A stretch of 64,000 nt of DNA, from NCBI GenBank assembly GCA_036961445.1, contig JBALVO010000001.1, positions 2,611 through 66,610 on the forward strand, given 5' to 3'. The position numbers were made by a program, and so were the translations under genes. Source of the stretch: Halioglobus sp. (GTDB lineage Bacteria > Pseudomonadota > Gammaproteobacteria > Pseudomonadales > Halieaceae). Each line of letters starts with the position of its first letter. Positions within the stretch are counted from its first letter, which is position 1. Positions 1-9,128 of this stretch are shown here, in pieces. Below the pieces are notes generated by a model that saw only the letters and a list, made by a program, of their open reading frames with translations, was not told the DNA's origin and made no database searches.

Positions 1-412
1 TACTGGGAAGAAACTGACAATTGCGCCTATCAACTGTATTTGGGTCGGCGCGAGGTAGATCAGGGTTAAAGTCACTAAACATAAGGCCTGTGGGGGTTTT
101 CTTTTGCCCTGCGCTGGTATAGAATTTTGCCAAGTTTGTAAAATAATAACGAAAACTAGTACTTGCGCTTAAAGTGAGTACTTAATGGGAAAGTGTAAAC
201 AGGCATAGGCTCCACAGAGAGTCTGTTCTGATCTTAGCGAGAGAAATGGAAAGTGAAGCGTAAACCCGATTTTTTGCTGATTCTGATGGCTGTATTTGGT
301 ATGGGCGTGGCACTTACACTGCTCCTTCCCATGGCAAATGACACAGTTGCCGCTCCGGCATCTGAGTTACAAGCTGGCGTCATTATCCTGGAGTAAACTC
401 CGGAGTTGGCAG

Positions 413-994
413 TTAGGGCCTCCTGATACTGTGCAGGGCGGTGTCTGTCACGATAAAATTCAACGGAACATCCCATTCTTCTCGCGGAATACTAGCCACT
501 TGTTGGTTGGCGTGGGCCATTCCTACCAGCAGCGGGCTGTGGTCGCCTACCAGCGTGCGATCATAAAAGCCGCCACCCATTCCCAATCTTCCTCCTTGTA
601 GATCCCAGCCCACCAGAGGCATAAATAGAATATCCAGATGTTCTACTGCGTGACTGTTCGCGTTGGCCAGGGGTTCGGGTATGCCATAGCGGTTGGCGGC
701 CAGCGGTTGATCGGGCAACCATTGTGCGAAGCGCAGGCTGCGATCGGTTTGGATGACAGGAAGAAATAATTGCTTGCGCTGGGCCCGGCACAATGTGACC
801 AGCGCACTGGTATCTATTTCTCCGTCGGCAGGGAGGTAGACGCCGATGCATTGCGCTTCAGGCCAGCCTGGGAGTTCTTCAATAAACGCGGTTAAGGCCT
901 GGGCGGCGATTTTCTGCTCATTCAGGTGCAGGGATTGCCGGCGCCGACGCAGTGTCTGGCGTAATCGGGCTTTACTGGCTTTGGCGTCTGACAT
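413..994 (-). CDS. ygfA: 5-formyltetrahydrofolate cyclo-ligase
   Basis: ORF 413..1051(-). MTHFS-type segments are present (GVYLPADGEID, DILFMPLVGWDLQGGRLGMGGGFYDR). Start trimmed to the ATG at 994 (MSDAKASK...) because the longer ORF runs into the 6S RNA. Conserved zapA-ssrS-ygfA order. Confidence 0.85.
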   Translation of the reverse strand: MSDAKASKARLRQTLRRRRQSLHLNEQKIAAQALTAFIEELPGWPEAQCIGVYLPADGEIDTSALVTLCRAQRKQLFLPVIQTDRSLRFAQWLPDQPLAANRYGIPEPLANANSHAVEHLDILFMPLVGWDLQGGRLGMGGGFYDRTLVGDHSPLLVGMAHANQQVASIPREEWDVPLNFIVTDTALHSIRRP

Positions 995-1000
995 AAAAGT

Positions 1001-1187
1001 GGGATTCCCGGCATACCGCTGACAGCACCGCCCTTGAACCCGATGGTTCAAGGTGGCGGTTCCTGCACTGTATTAGGCTTTCCGACCGGGGCCGGACTTG
1101 CACATCAACAGCAACGAGAAACCTCCGGTTACACATTATCGGCTCGAGGACTGTATGTCTGGCGCATAAGCCAGGGATCCTCAGCAA
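1001..1187 (-). ncRNA. ssrS: 6S RNA (RNA polymerase-sigma70 regulatory RNA)
   Basis: The minus strand reads ...CACCUUGAACCAUCGGGUUCAAGGGCGG..., matching my recollection of the E. coli 6S segment CACCUUGAACCAAGGGUUCAAGGGU. The 5' arm GGAUCCCUGGCUUAUGC pairs with the 3' arm GGUAUGCCGGGAAUCC to close the terminal stem. It lies between zapA and ygfA as in E. coli and Pseudomonas. Ends are approximate (+/-10 nt). Confidence 0.8.
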
Positions 1188-1259
1188 TTATAGCCCAGTA
1201 AGCCCGTCACAGTTTATTTAAATCAGTTTGAGTGAAATAAACTGCCCGCGAAATCAGCT

Positions 1260-1577
1260 TCAGCCGATCTGAAGCTGTCGCAGTTGATACAGAGCGTCAT
1301 CCAGTTTGCGGTTAAGACGACTGACAGAATCGCTATTGGGCGCCGGGGCGCCGGCATCAGAGTGTTCCGATGCCTGCAGTAATTCGTAGCTGATATTGAG
1401 GGAGGCCATCACCGCGATGCGCTCTAGCCCAATGACTTTGCCGGTATCGCGAATGCCCCGCATTTGCTTGTCCAGGTATTTGGCCGATACCAATAACTCT
1501 GCTTCCTGATCTTCCGGGCAAGCGACCTGGTATTCTTTGTCCAGAATTTTTACTGTAACGGTGTGGGGCTGTTTCAC
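1260..1577 (-). CDS. zapA: cell division protein ZapA
   Basis: 105 aa. ZapA-like sequence (VKILDKEYQVACPEDQEAELL...AKYLD...RIAVMASLNISYEL). Upstream of ssrS-ygfA. Confidence 0.85.
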   Translation of the reverse strand: MKQPHTVTVKILDKEYQVACPEDQEAELLVSAKYLDKQMRGIRDTGKVIGLERIAVMASLNISYELLQASEHSDAGAPAPNSDSVSRLNRKLDDALYQLRQLQIG

Positions 1578-1783
1578 GTTTGTCGCTCCATGGCCCGCAG
1601 GCGGTCAAGCATAGCTTCGACTTTACTTCTGGCCAGTTTATTTTTGTCAATAAGGTCTTGTCGCTCCTCATGCCAGCCAGCATGATCTGCTTTGAGCATT
1701 TGATTCTCGCGATTTAGGTCGTTGCACAGCGTGATCAGTTCGTCGATCTTCTGTTCGAGAGCTTTGAGTTGGTTTTCCGCCAT
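1574..1783 (-). CDS. ZapB-like coiled-coil protein (TIGR02449-type small protein upstream of zapA)
   Basis: 69 aa, heptad-rich coiled coil (LKALEQKIDELITLCNDLNRENQMLK). The stop overlaps the zapA start by 4 nt. This position is conserved in pseudomonads. Confidence 0.6.
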   Translation of the reverse strand: MAENQLKALEQKIDELITLCNDLNRENQMLKADHAGWHEERQDLIDKNKLARSKVEAMLDRLRAMERQT

Positions 1784-1950
1784 GGAGGTATACTAGGGTA
1801 GGAATTATTGGGAATCTACTATAGTGGCGCTTGGCACTTAGGTCAACGACACAAAATTCATAAATATCAATAGCCTGCCAAGCTTTTTACAGCTATCGGT
1901 GGAGGTGCAGACCAACTGCTCTGAGCGCTGGTGCTACTGGGGAATACAAT

Positions 1951-2556
1951 ATGAACGATGATTTATGGGGTCAAACAGACGTATTTGACTTTGATGAGCT
2001 TGCTAATCATTTGTTGGAGCAGGGCCTGCAAGCGTCGCCTGCTGAGTTGCATGGCTGCCTTTGTGGTCTGCTGGCTGCCGGCTTTGCGAGTGAGGCGGAG
2101 GTGGGCCTGGATGGGCTTTGCGAGGCGCTGGATCTAATTCTGCATGGCGAACTGGCGGGGCAGATAATGCAGCTTTACACAGTGACGGCTGCCGCCTTGG
2201 AGGATGAAGAATTTGACTTTCACCCCTTGTTGCCCGACGACGAGGTCGACATAAGCGAGCGCGCGGCGGCTTTGGCACTATGGTGTCGGGGGTTCTTGAG
2301 TGGCTTTGCCCATACCGCAGCAGGCATTGGTGCAGATCCTGGCGCATTGTCGGACGATAGTCGTGAGATCCTCAAGGATTACGCCGAGATCGCGCAGGCC
2401 GCTGCGGATGATGATGAGACTGAGGACGAGGCTGAGGGTAGTTATCTGGACCTGGTTGAGTACCTGCGTTTCGCTACACTCAATGTGTACATGGATAGCC
2501 GCATCCCATTGGCGGACAATCATCTATCTCCCGAGCCGGATCAGCCTATTCACTAG
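1951..2556 (+). CDS. ygfB: UPF0149 family protein YgfB
   Basis: 201 aa, acidic. SPAELHGCLCGLLAAG motif typical of YgfB. Sits immediately upstream of pepP as in E. coli and Pseudomonas. Confidence 0.8.
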   Translation: MNDDLWGQTDVFDFDELANHLLEQGLQASPAELHGCLCGLLAAGFASEAEVGLDGLCEALDLILHGELAGQIMQLYTVTAAALEDEEFDFHPLLPDDEVDISERAAALALWCRGFLSGFAHTAAGIGADPGALSDDSREILKDYAEIAQAAADDDETEDEAEGSYLDLVEYLRFATLNVYMDSRIPLADNHLSPEPDQPIH

Positions 2557-2615
2557 CTGTGGTAATCTCTGCTTCGTTCAAGGTGCCAGATTGGCAGGTT
2601 GCAAAGAGTTAAGTA

Positions 2616-3929
2616 ATGAGCATAAGTAAATCCGAGTTCGCCCGTCGGCGCAAAAACCTGATGGCGCTGATGGAGCCAAATAGCATAGCGATTATTCCAT
2701 CCGCCCGTGAACAGGTGCGCAGCCGCGACACCGAGTATCCGTTTCGACAGGACAGTGATTTTTACTATCTGTGTGGATTTGTTGAGCCCGATGCAGTGCT
2801 GGTGCTGGTGCCCGGACGCCGTCACGGGCAGTTTGTTATGTTCTGCCGTGAGCGTGATCAGAGCATGGAGTTGTGGCATGGTTATCGTGCAGGTCCACAG
2901 GGTGTGTGTGACAATTATGGCGCCGATGATGCCTTTCCCATTGGCGATATCGACGATATCTTGCCAGGCCTGATAGAGGGCAGGGAGCGTGTTTATTATT
3001 CGATGGGGCGCAGTGCCGACTTTGATCGCCAGATAATGGAGTGGGTAAACAGTATTCGGGACAGGCAAGCCTCCGGCGCGGTACCCCCTGGAGAATTTAC
3101 CGACCTGGACCATATGCTGCACGAATTGCGCTTGTACAAAAGTGCCGCTGAGTTGCGCCTGTTGCGCCGGGCGGGCGAGATTACGGCCCGGGCGCATCAG
3201 CGCGCAATGCGCAGCTGTCGCGCCGGTATGAGCGAATACCAGCTGGAGGCGGAGCTGTTACATGAGTTTGCCACTTCCGGTGCGCGACACCCGGCCTATC
3301 CCAGTATTGTCGCTAGCGGTGTTAACGCCTGCACCATGCACTACGTTCAAAACAGCAGCAAAATGCGTGATGGCGACCTGGTGTTGATCGATGCAGGGTG
3401 TGAATTCGAATATTACGCAGCGGATGTCTCTCGTACGTTTCCGGTAAATGGTCGTTTCAGCCGGGAACAACGCGCGTTGTATGATCTGGTATTACGTGCG
3501 CAATTGGCAGCAATTGCCAAAATAAAGCCCGGGAATAACTGGAATCAGCCTCACGATGCCAGTGTCAGGGTTATTACTGAGGGTTTGGTGGAGCTGGGTT
3601 TACTCAAAGGCTCGGTAGCCAGCCTGATCAAGCGCGAAGCTTATAGGGCCTACTATATGCACAAAGTAGGGCATTGGTTGGGCCTGGATGTACACGATGT
3701 GGGTGACTATCGCCTGGAGGGGCAGTGGCGTTTACTGGAGCCCGGTATGGTGATGACCGTAGAGCCGGGTCTATATGTGTCGCCGCACAATACCAAAGTG
3801 GCCAAAAAGTGGCGCGGCATCGGTATACGTATTGAAGATGACGTTGTGGTGACGGACCAGGGTTGTGAAGTAATTACCGCCGCTGTACCGAAAACGATAG
3901 AGGAAATAGAGGCCTTGATGGTCGCCTGA
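2616..3929 (+). CDS. pepP: Xaa-Pro aminopeptidase (aminopeptidase P)
   Basis: 437 aa. M24B metallopeptidase segments (DLVLIDAGCEFEYYAADVSRTFPVNG, HKVGHWLGLDVHD, VEPGLY, GIRIEDDV). Confidence 0.93.
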   Translation: MSISKSEFARRRKNLMALMEPNSIAIIPSAREQVRSRDTEYPFRQDSDFYYLCGFVEPDAVLVLVPGRRHGQFVMFCRERDQSMELWHGYRAGPQGVCDNYGADDAFPIGDIDDILPGLIEGRERVYYSMGRSADFDRQIMEWVNSIRDRQASGAVPPGEFTDLDHMLHELRLYKSAAELRLLRRAGEITARAHQRAMRSCRAGMSEYQLEAELLHEFATSGARHPAYPSIVASGVNACTMHYVQNSSKMRDGDLVLIDAGCEFEYYAADVSRTFPVNGRFSREQRALYDLVLRAQLAAIAKIKPGNNWNQPHDASVRVITEGLVELGLLKGSVASLIKREAYRAYYMHKVGHWLGLDVHDVGDYRLEGQWRLLEPGMVMTVEPGLYVSPHNTKVAKKWRGIGIRIEDDVVVTDQGCEVITAAVPKTIEEIEALMVA

Positions 3930-3932
3930 GTT

Positions 3933-5183
3933 ATGACTGCGAATCGCGATATCGTTATTGCCGGTGGCGGCATGGTCGGCGTAAGCCTGGCCTTGCAGTT
4001 GGGTGCAGTGCTGCCGGAAGAAACCAGTATTTTATTGGTAGAGAGCTTCCCATTTCCCACTGCAGTTACAGTTGGAAAACCTGATTATCATCCGTCTTTT
4101 GACGCGCGCTCAACCGCCCTGAGTTACAGCTCTCGCATTATCTACGAGAAGATGCAGGTGTGGGAGGGTTTGCAGCAATGGTTGTGCGCTATCGACAGTA
4201 TCCATGTGTCCAGTCGCGGTCATTTTGGCAGTACTTTGCTAAATGCCGATGATCATAGCTGGCAGGCATTGGGTTATGTGGTGGAAAATGCCTGGTTGGG
4301 CAATGCGTTGATTCAGGCTCTGTATCGACAGGGCAGGGTAGAGGTATGCAGTCCGGCGAAAGTGGTGGCGGCGACACCGGCGGGAGCTGGCATTCGGCTG
4401 CAATTGGAAGGTGCTGCTGAGCCCTGTATGGAAGCAGCTTTGTTGGTTGTGGCCGATGGGGCGAGCTCAGGCCTGCGTGCTCAGCTGGGAGTGGCCGTGG
4501 CAGAGAAGTCGTATCGCCAGCATGCGCTGATCGCCAATATTTCAACCGCGGAAGCACATCGCGGTTGTGCTTATGAGCGCTTCACCGACAACGGTCCCGT
4601 TGCACTGCTGCCATTATTGGCGGCGCCAGGCGGAGAACACCGCAGTGCTCTGGTTTGGACCTTGCCGCCAGAGCAGGCCGAGCATTTACAGGACTGTCCG
4701 GAGTTGGAGTTTTTGCACACCCTGCAGGAATGCTTCGGTTATCGATTGGGCCGCCTGCTGCATGTCGGCGAGCGTCACAGCTATCCACTGGCCCTGGTGC
4801 AATCCAGCGAACAAGTACGTCAGGGGCTGGTGGTAATGGGCAATGCCGCGCACGCGCTGCACCCGGTTGCCGGCCAGGGCTATAACCTCGCTTTACGCGA
4901 TGTGGCTGAGTTGGGCGCTATGCTGGCGCAGGGTATTGCTGCTGGCTTGCCACCTGGTGATCTGGCGACATTGCAGCGCTATCAGCAGCGGCAGCAGGCC
5001 GACCAGGGCAGGACCATCGATTTCAGTGATCGGGTACCAGCGTTATTTATGCATGCGGACCCGGTGCTGGGGCTGGGACGGGATTTGGCATTGGCGGGAC
5101 TGGATATAATGCCGGGCCTTAAACGCGAGTTTGTGCGTTATGCCACGGGCGTGGCTGCTATGAGCGAGCAGGTCGATGGCTGA
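3933..5183 (+). CDS. ubiH: 2-octaprenyl-6-methoxyphenol hydroxylase (FAD monooxygenase)
   Basis: 416 aa. N-terminal dinucleotide fold IVIAGGGMVG, then GNAAHALHPVAGQGYNLALRD. pepP-ubiH-ubiI order. Confidence 0.88.
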   Translation: MTANRDIVIAGGGMVGVSLALQLGAVLPEETSILLVESFPFPTAVTVGKPDYHPSFDARSTALSYSSRIIYEKMQVWEGLQQWLCAIDSIHVSSRGHFGSTLLNADDHSWQALGYVVENAWLGNALIQALYRQGRVEVCSPAKVVAATPAGAGIRLQLEGAAEPCMEAALLVVADGASSGLRAQLGVAVAEKSYRQHALIANISTAEAHRGCAYERFTDNGPVALLPLLAAPGGEHRSALVWTLPPEQAEHLQDCPELEFLHTLQECFGYRLGRLLHVGERHSYPLALVQSSEQVRQGLVVMGNAAHALHPVAGQGYNLALRDVAELGAMLAQGIAAGLPPGDLATLQRYQQRQQADQGRTIDFSDRVPALFMHADPVLGLGRDLALAGLDIMPGLKREFVRYATGVAAMSEQVDG

Positions 5184-6393
5184 TACACAGCATTTTGATG
5201 TCGCCATTATCGGTGCCGGTATAGCTGGCACCGCGCTCGCCGCGTCCTTGAGTGGCAAGGGGCTGTCTATTGCCCTGGTAGAGGCACAGCCATTGGTGTC
5301 CCCGAACCTTCCTACCGGGTTTGACCTGCAGCAGTTCGACCCCAGAGTGAGTGCCCTTACCCCGCGTTCCCGTAAGTTATTGCAACAACTGGGGGCCTGG
5401 GAGGCGATCGCCGCTTATCGTCAATGCCCTTATCGACATATGACAGTCTGGGATGCCGATGGTACCGGCCAGATAGAGTTTGACTGCGCCGAGGCCAACG
5501 TATCAGCCTTGGGCCATATTGTAGAAAACCGGTCAATTGTCAGCGCCCTGCTGGCGTTGGTCAGCGCTGCCGCGGACATTACCTTACTGAGCCCCGTGCG
5601 CCTGGAGGCCTGCACTAGACTGCAATCATCAGCGATGCATATTGAATTACACGGCGGGGATTCCCTGGAGGCCAGCTTGCTCGTTGCTGCCGATGGGGCA
5701 CTGTCGCGGGTGCGCGAGATGATGGACTTCCAAACCCGGGAATGGGACTACGGTCATCGTGCCATTGTCACTACCGTGCAGGTAGAACAACCTCACGGCA
5801 GCACTGCCTGGCAGCGTTTCCTGCCGACCGGACCCTTGGCTTTATTGCCGCTGCCAGGTGACGAAGGGCAGCACCTTTGCTCTATTGTGTGGTCGCTACA
5901 AGAGCATCTGGTAGACGATTTATTAGCGCTGGATGATGCCGCCTTTTGCGCGCAACTGGCGCAAGCCAGCGAGCGGCGACTGGGCGCGGTGCTGGATTGC
6001 TCCCCCCGTTTTGCTTTCCCCCTGCGTCAGCGGCATGCCGTGGACTATGTGCAGAGCGGGGTTGCTTTGGTGGCGGATGCCGCCCATACCATTCACCCGC
6101 TGGCAGGCCAGGGTATTAACCTGGGTCTACAGGATGTTCTGGTGCTGGCAGAAGAGATTCTGGCGGGCTGTGCGCGTGGCGCTAATCCCGGGCAGCTGGA
6201 CGTGCTGCGTCGCTACCAGCGGCGGCGCAAGGGTGAGAACCTGTTAATGATGACGGCGATGGATGGCTTCAAGCATTTGTTCGAACAACAGTCCCTGCCA
6301 GTGCGCTGGCTGCGCAACATGGGGATGCGCGGCGTGGACCGGCTGCTGCCGGTAAAGCAGCAGCTGATGCGTCACGCCATGGGCCTGGACTGA
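5176..6393 (+). CDS. ubiI: 2-octaprenylphenol hydroxylase (UbiI/VisC-type FAD monooxygenase)
   Basis: 405 aa. VAIIGAGIAG, then ADAAHTIHPLAGQGINLGLQD. Overlaps the ubiH stop by 8 nt. Confidence 0.85.
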   Translation: MADTQHFDVAIIGAGIAGTALAASLSGKGLSIALVEAQPLVSPNLPTGFDLQQFDPRVSALTPRSRKLLQQLGAWEAIAAYRQCPYRHMTVWDADGTGQIEFDCAEANVSALGHIVENRSIVSALLALVSAAADITLLSPVRLEACTRLQSSAMHIELHGGDSLEASLLVAADGALSRVREMMDFQTREWDYGHRAIVTTVQVEQPHGSTAWQRFLPTGPLALLPLPGDEGQHLCSIVWSLQEHLVDDLLALDDAAFCAQLAQASERRLGAVLDCSPRFAFPLRQRHAVDYVQSGVALVADAAHTIHPLAGQGINLGLQDVLVLAEEILAGCARGANPGQLDVLRRYQRRRKGENLLMMTAMDGFKHLFEQQSLPVRWLRNMGMRGVDRLLPVKQQLMRHAMGLD

Positions 6394-6495
6394 GCGTTTA
6401 CACATCAAGTCCACCCGCAATCATTGTTTTTCACAGCTTGCCCGTTAGAATAGTGGGCCGCGAGTAGCGCTAATTATAAAGCCAGAGGACATATC

Positions 6496-6885
6496 ATGAG
6501 TCAGACTCCCAGCGAATTGAGATACGCCAGTAGCCATGAGTGGGCCCGGTTGGAAGAAGATGGCACGGTTACTATCGGCATCACCGACCATGCACAGGAA
6601 GCGCTGGGCGATGTGGTATTTGTCGAGCTTCCCGATGTGGGTACGGTGCTGGCGGCCGCCGACGACGCAGGGGTTGTGGAGTCAGTCAAGGCTGCATCGG
6701 ATATCTATGCGCCGATCAGTGGTGAGGTCATCGCTCTCAATGAGCGGCTTGAAGACGAACCGGAGGCGGTTAATTCCGACGCCTACAACGATGGCTGGTT
6801 CTTCAAGCTGCAGCCGGCTGACACCAGTGAGCTGGAAGCCATGTTGTCTGCTGAGGAATATCTACAACTGTGTGAAGACGAATAA
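6496..6885 (+). CDS. gcvH: glycine cleavage system H protein (lipoyl carrier)
   Basis: 129 aa. Lipoyl-lysine motif [18 protein letters not shown]. Typical N-terminus [11 protein letters not shown]. Confidence 0.93.
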   Translation: MSQTPSELRYASSHEWARLEEDGTVTIGITDHAQEALGDVVFVELPDVGTVLAAADDAGVVESVKAASDIYAPISGEVIALNERLEDEPEAVNSDAYNDGWFFKLQPADTSELEAMLSAEEYLQLCEDE

Positions 6886-6908
6886 GCGCTTCACTGCGGT
6901 AGTACATT

Positions 6909-8108
6909 ATGCAACAACCTCAGGCTGATCTTATCTTGCGCAAGGGCGCCGACCGCCGTTTGCGCGGCGGTCACCTTTGGGTGTACTCCAACGAAATAGA
7001 AACCGCACGTTCCCCCCTGGGAACTTTCAGCGCCGGTGATGTGGTCTGTGTCAGGAGCGCCGAGGGCAAATTGCTGGGTTCTGCCTACATGGAGCCCCAG
7101 GCACTGATTTGCGCGCGGCTCTATGCGCCTGGCGAACAGCGCGGTCTGGATCAGGCGTTTTTCAATACACGGCTCATCACAGCATTGGCCGGCAGAGAAG
7201 CTGTTTTTGACAAGCCCTTCTATCGTCTGGTTTATGGTGACAGTGATACATTGCCCGGACTGGTGGTTGATCGCTTCGGTGATTATCTGGTGGTGCAACT
7301 CAATAACGAGGGTATTGAGCGCCATCGTGAGCCGCTGTTGCAAGCGTTGATCCATACCCTGCAGCCTGCGGGCATTCTGTTGCGTGGCGACAGTCGCAGC
7401 CGGCGGGAGCAGGGCCTGTCGGGTGACAGCGAAGTGGTCTACGGCGAGGTGCCACAACAAGTTACGCTACAAGAAAACGGCGTACAGTTCCTGGCTCCGG
7501 TATTTGACGGCCAGAAAACCGGTTGGTTCTATGACCACCGTATGGCCCGGGCGCGGCTGGCGCCCTGGGTGTCGGGAAAAACGGTACTGGATGTCTACAG
7601 CTATATTGGCGGTTGGGGTATTCAGGCCGCCGCATTTGGCGCCAGTGAAGTGTGCTGCCTGGACAGTTCCGCCCAGGCATTGGCAGGAGTGGAAGCCAAT
7701 GCGCGCCTTAACGAGCTGCAGGAACGGGTTAGTGTGCGGCGCGGTTCAGCAGCGGAGACCATGGCGGCCATGCGCGTGGAGGGTTGTCTGTTCGATGTAG
7801 TCATCCTGGATCCCCCTGCGTTTATCCAGCGCAAAAAGGATCTCAAAAAGGGCATCGCCGCCTATCGTCGTATCAATGAGCTGGGCCTGGAGCTGCTGCG
7901 CCCTGGCGGCCTGCTGGTGTCTGCTTCCTGCTCCATGCACCTCACTCGCGCTGACCTGATCCAGGCGATGCAGCAGGCTGCAGTGCGTGCCCGTTGTCAG
8001 TTGCGTGTTGTTGAGCAGGGTAGCCAGGGGCCGGATCACCCTATCCACCCGGCTATTCCCGAGACGGAATACCTAAAAGCTATTTTCGCTCGGAAGATTC
8101 AGTTGTAA
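6909..8108 (+). CDS. rlmI: 23S rRNA (cytosine1962-C5)-methyltransferase RlmI-type SAM methyltransferase
   Basis: 399 aa. PUA-like N-terminus (LRGGHLWVYSNEIE). SAM-MTase core (VLDVYSYIGGWG, FDVVILDPPAF). Confidence 0.85.
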   Translation: MQQPQADLILRKGADRRLRGGHLWVYSNEIETARSPLGTFSAGDVVCVRSAEGKLLGSAYMEPQALICARLYAPGEQRGLDQAFFNTRLITALAGREAVFDKPFYRLVYGDSDTLPGLVVDRFGDYLVVQLNNEGIERHREPLLQALIHTLQPAGILLRGDSRSRREQGLSGDSEVVYGEVPQQVTLQENGVQFLAPVFDGQKTGWFYDHRMARARLAPWVSGKTVLDVYSYIGGWGIQAAAFGASEVCCLDSSAQALAGVEANARLNELQERVSVRRGSAAETMAAMRVEGCLFDVVILDPPAFIQRKKDLKKGIAAYRRINELGLELLRPGGLLVSASCSMHLTRADLIQAMQQAAVRARCQLRVVEQGSQGPDHPIHPAIPETEYLKAIFARKIQL

Positions 8109-8162
8109 ATTTTCGCGCCCTGTTAATCGAGCCAGGCGTCTCCCGTCTGGCAAGATCCAGCG

Positions 8163-8984
8163 CTATTGAGGAACTGCCATAACGACTCGTATACCCACAT
8201 CCGAACTTTGCGCCTTGCGTGGCGCGAAGGCCCTGGCGTTGATGCGAATTGACCAGGCATCGGATTGGGCCGAGCCGCCGCGCAGCTCGCGGGTGTCACA
8301 ATTGCCAAACAGCTGGGGCATACCGTTCAGCGGTGGTTTGCTGTTGGAATCCACGCAGTCCTTGGTCCATTCCCAGACGTTGCCCTGCATGTCGTAAACG
8401 CCCCAGTCATTGGCCTGGAAACTGCCCACTGGGGCTGGACTGCCCTGCCAGGGTCCGCCGCACTCCGTGCAGTTGGCGCGGTCAACGCCAACCGCATTGC
8501 CCCAACTATAGGTCTTCGAGGATCCGGCCCGCGCCGCGTACTCCCACTGGGTGGAGCTGGGCAAGCTATAGTGGTAACCAGTCTGGTGACTGAGCCAGGC
8601 CACAAAGGATTCGGCCTGATCCCAGCTGACGCCATAGACCGGCAGGTTGTCCGGTGCAATGTCGAAGGAGCGCAGATCGCCGGACTTGGTTGCGGTAAGG
8701 TATTGTCGGTACATGCCGGCAGTGATCTCGGTTTTACTGATGGCAAATGGATGAGCGATGTCTACCACCAGTGCCTCCTGACCATCACCTTTGCGGCCGC
8801 CGCCGAATACGAATTTGCCGGTACGGAGTACGACCATTTCTGGCCCTTTGGCTCCGCTGGGCAAAGGATGTGAGAACGTATCCCCGACCAGATAAGTCTC
8901 TTGTGCACGTGGCAGACTGGCGGCTAGCAGAAAGGTCATAACGCAGAAATAACGAGATGCGGCTAAAAGTGTTGTACTGGTCAT
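8163..8984 (-). CDS. secreted formylglycine-generating-enzyme (FGE/SUMF1) domain protein
   Basis: FGE-sulfatase signatures (GNVWEWTKDC, RGGS...). N-terminal signal-like segment. Start placed at the ATG at 8984, which is preceded by AAGGAG. The track ORF extends to 9005. Confidence 0.8.
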   Translation of the reverse strand: MTSTTLLAASRYFCVMTFLLAASLPRAQETYLVGDTFSHPLPSGAKGPEMVVLRTGKFVFGGGRKGDGQEALVVDIAHPFAISKTEITAGMYRQYLTATKSGDLRSFDIAPDNLPVYGVSWDQAESFVAWLSHQTGYHYSLPSSTQWEYAARAGSSKTYSWGNAVGVDRANCTECGGPWQGSPAPVGSFQANDWGVYDMQGNVWEWTKDCVDSNSKPPLNGMPQLFGNCDTRELRGGSAQSDAWSIRINARAFAPRKAQSSDVGIRVVMAVPQ

Positions 8985-9128
8985 AACACTCTCCTTATTC
9001 ATCACTGGACGAGGAACTTACGGTGGATCACCACAACTATTAGTTTAGCAACTATTCTGAACTTTGCTCCCCGGTAAGCCGGCATTGCCTGGACGGGTAA
9101 AAAGTCGAATATTTATTAACAGTCACAT

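Noticed and set aside
1-69. Possible 3' end of a plus-strand CDS (...YWEETDNCAYQLYLGRREVDQG*).
   Set aside because: Only 22 codons are visible and no motif is recognisable. It cannot be supported from this fragment.
972-1187. 71-aa ORF on the minus strand, and the N-terminal 19 codons of ORF 413..1051.
   Set aside because: The region folds as, and matches, the 6S RNA. The peptide is Arg/Cys-rich and lacks an RBS, so it is an ORF artefact.
2553-3197. 214-aa ORF antisense to pepP.
   Set aside because: This is a shadow ORF opposite a clearly recognisable M24B peptidase gene.
6394-6495. Looked for a glycine riboswitch in the gcvH leader.
   Set aside because: The leader is only about 100 nt, and I saw no tandem-aptamer-like conserved cores.
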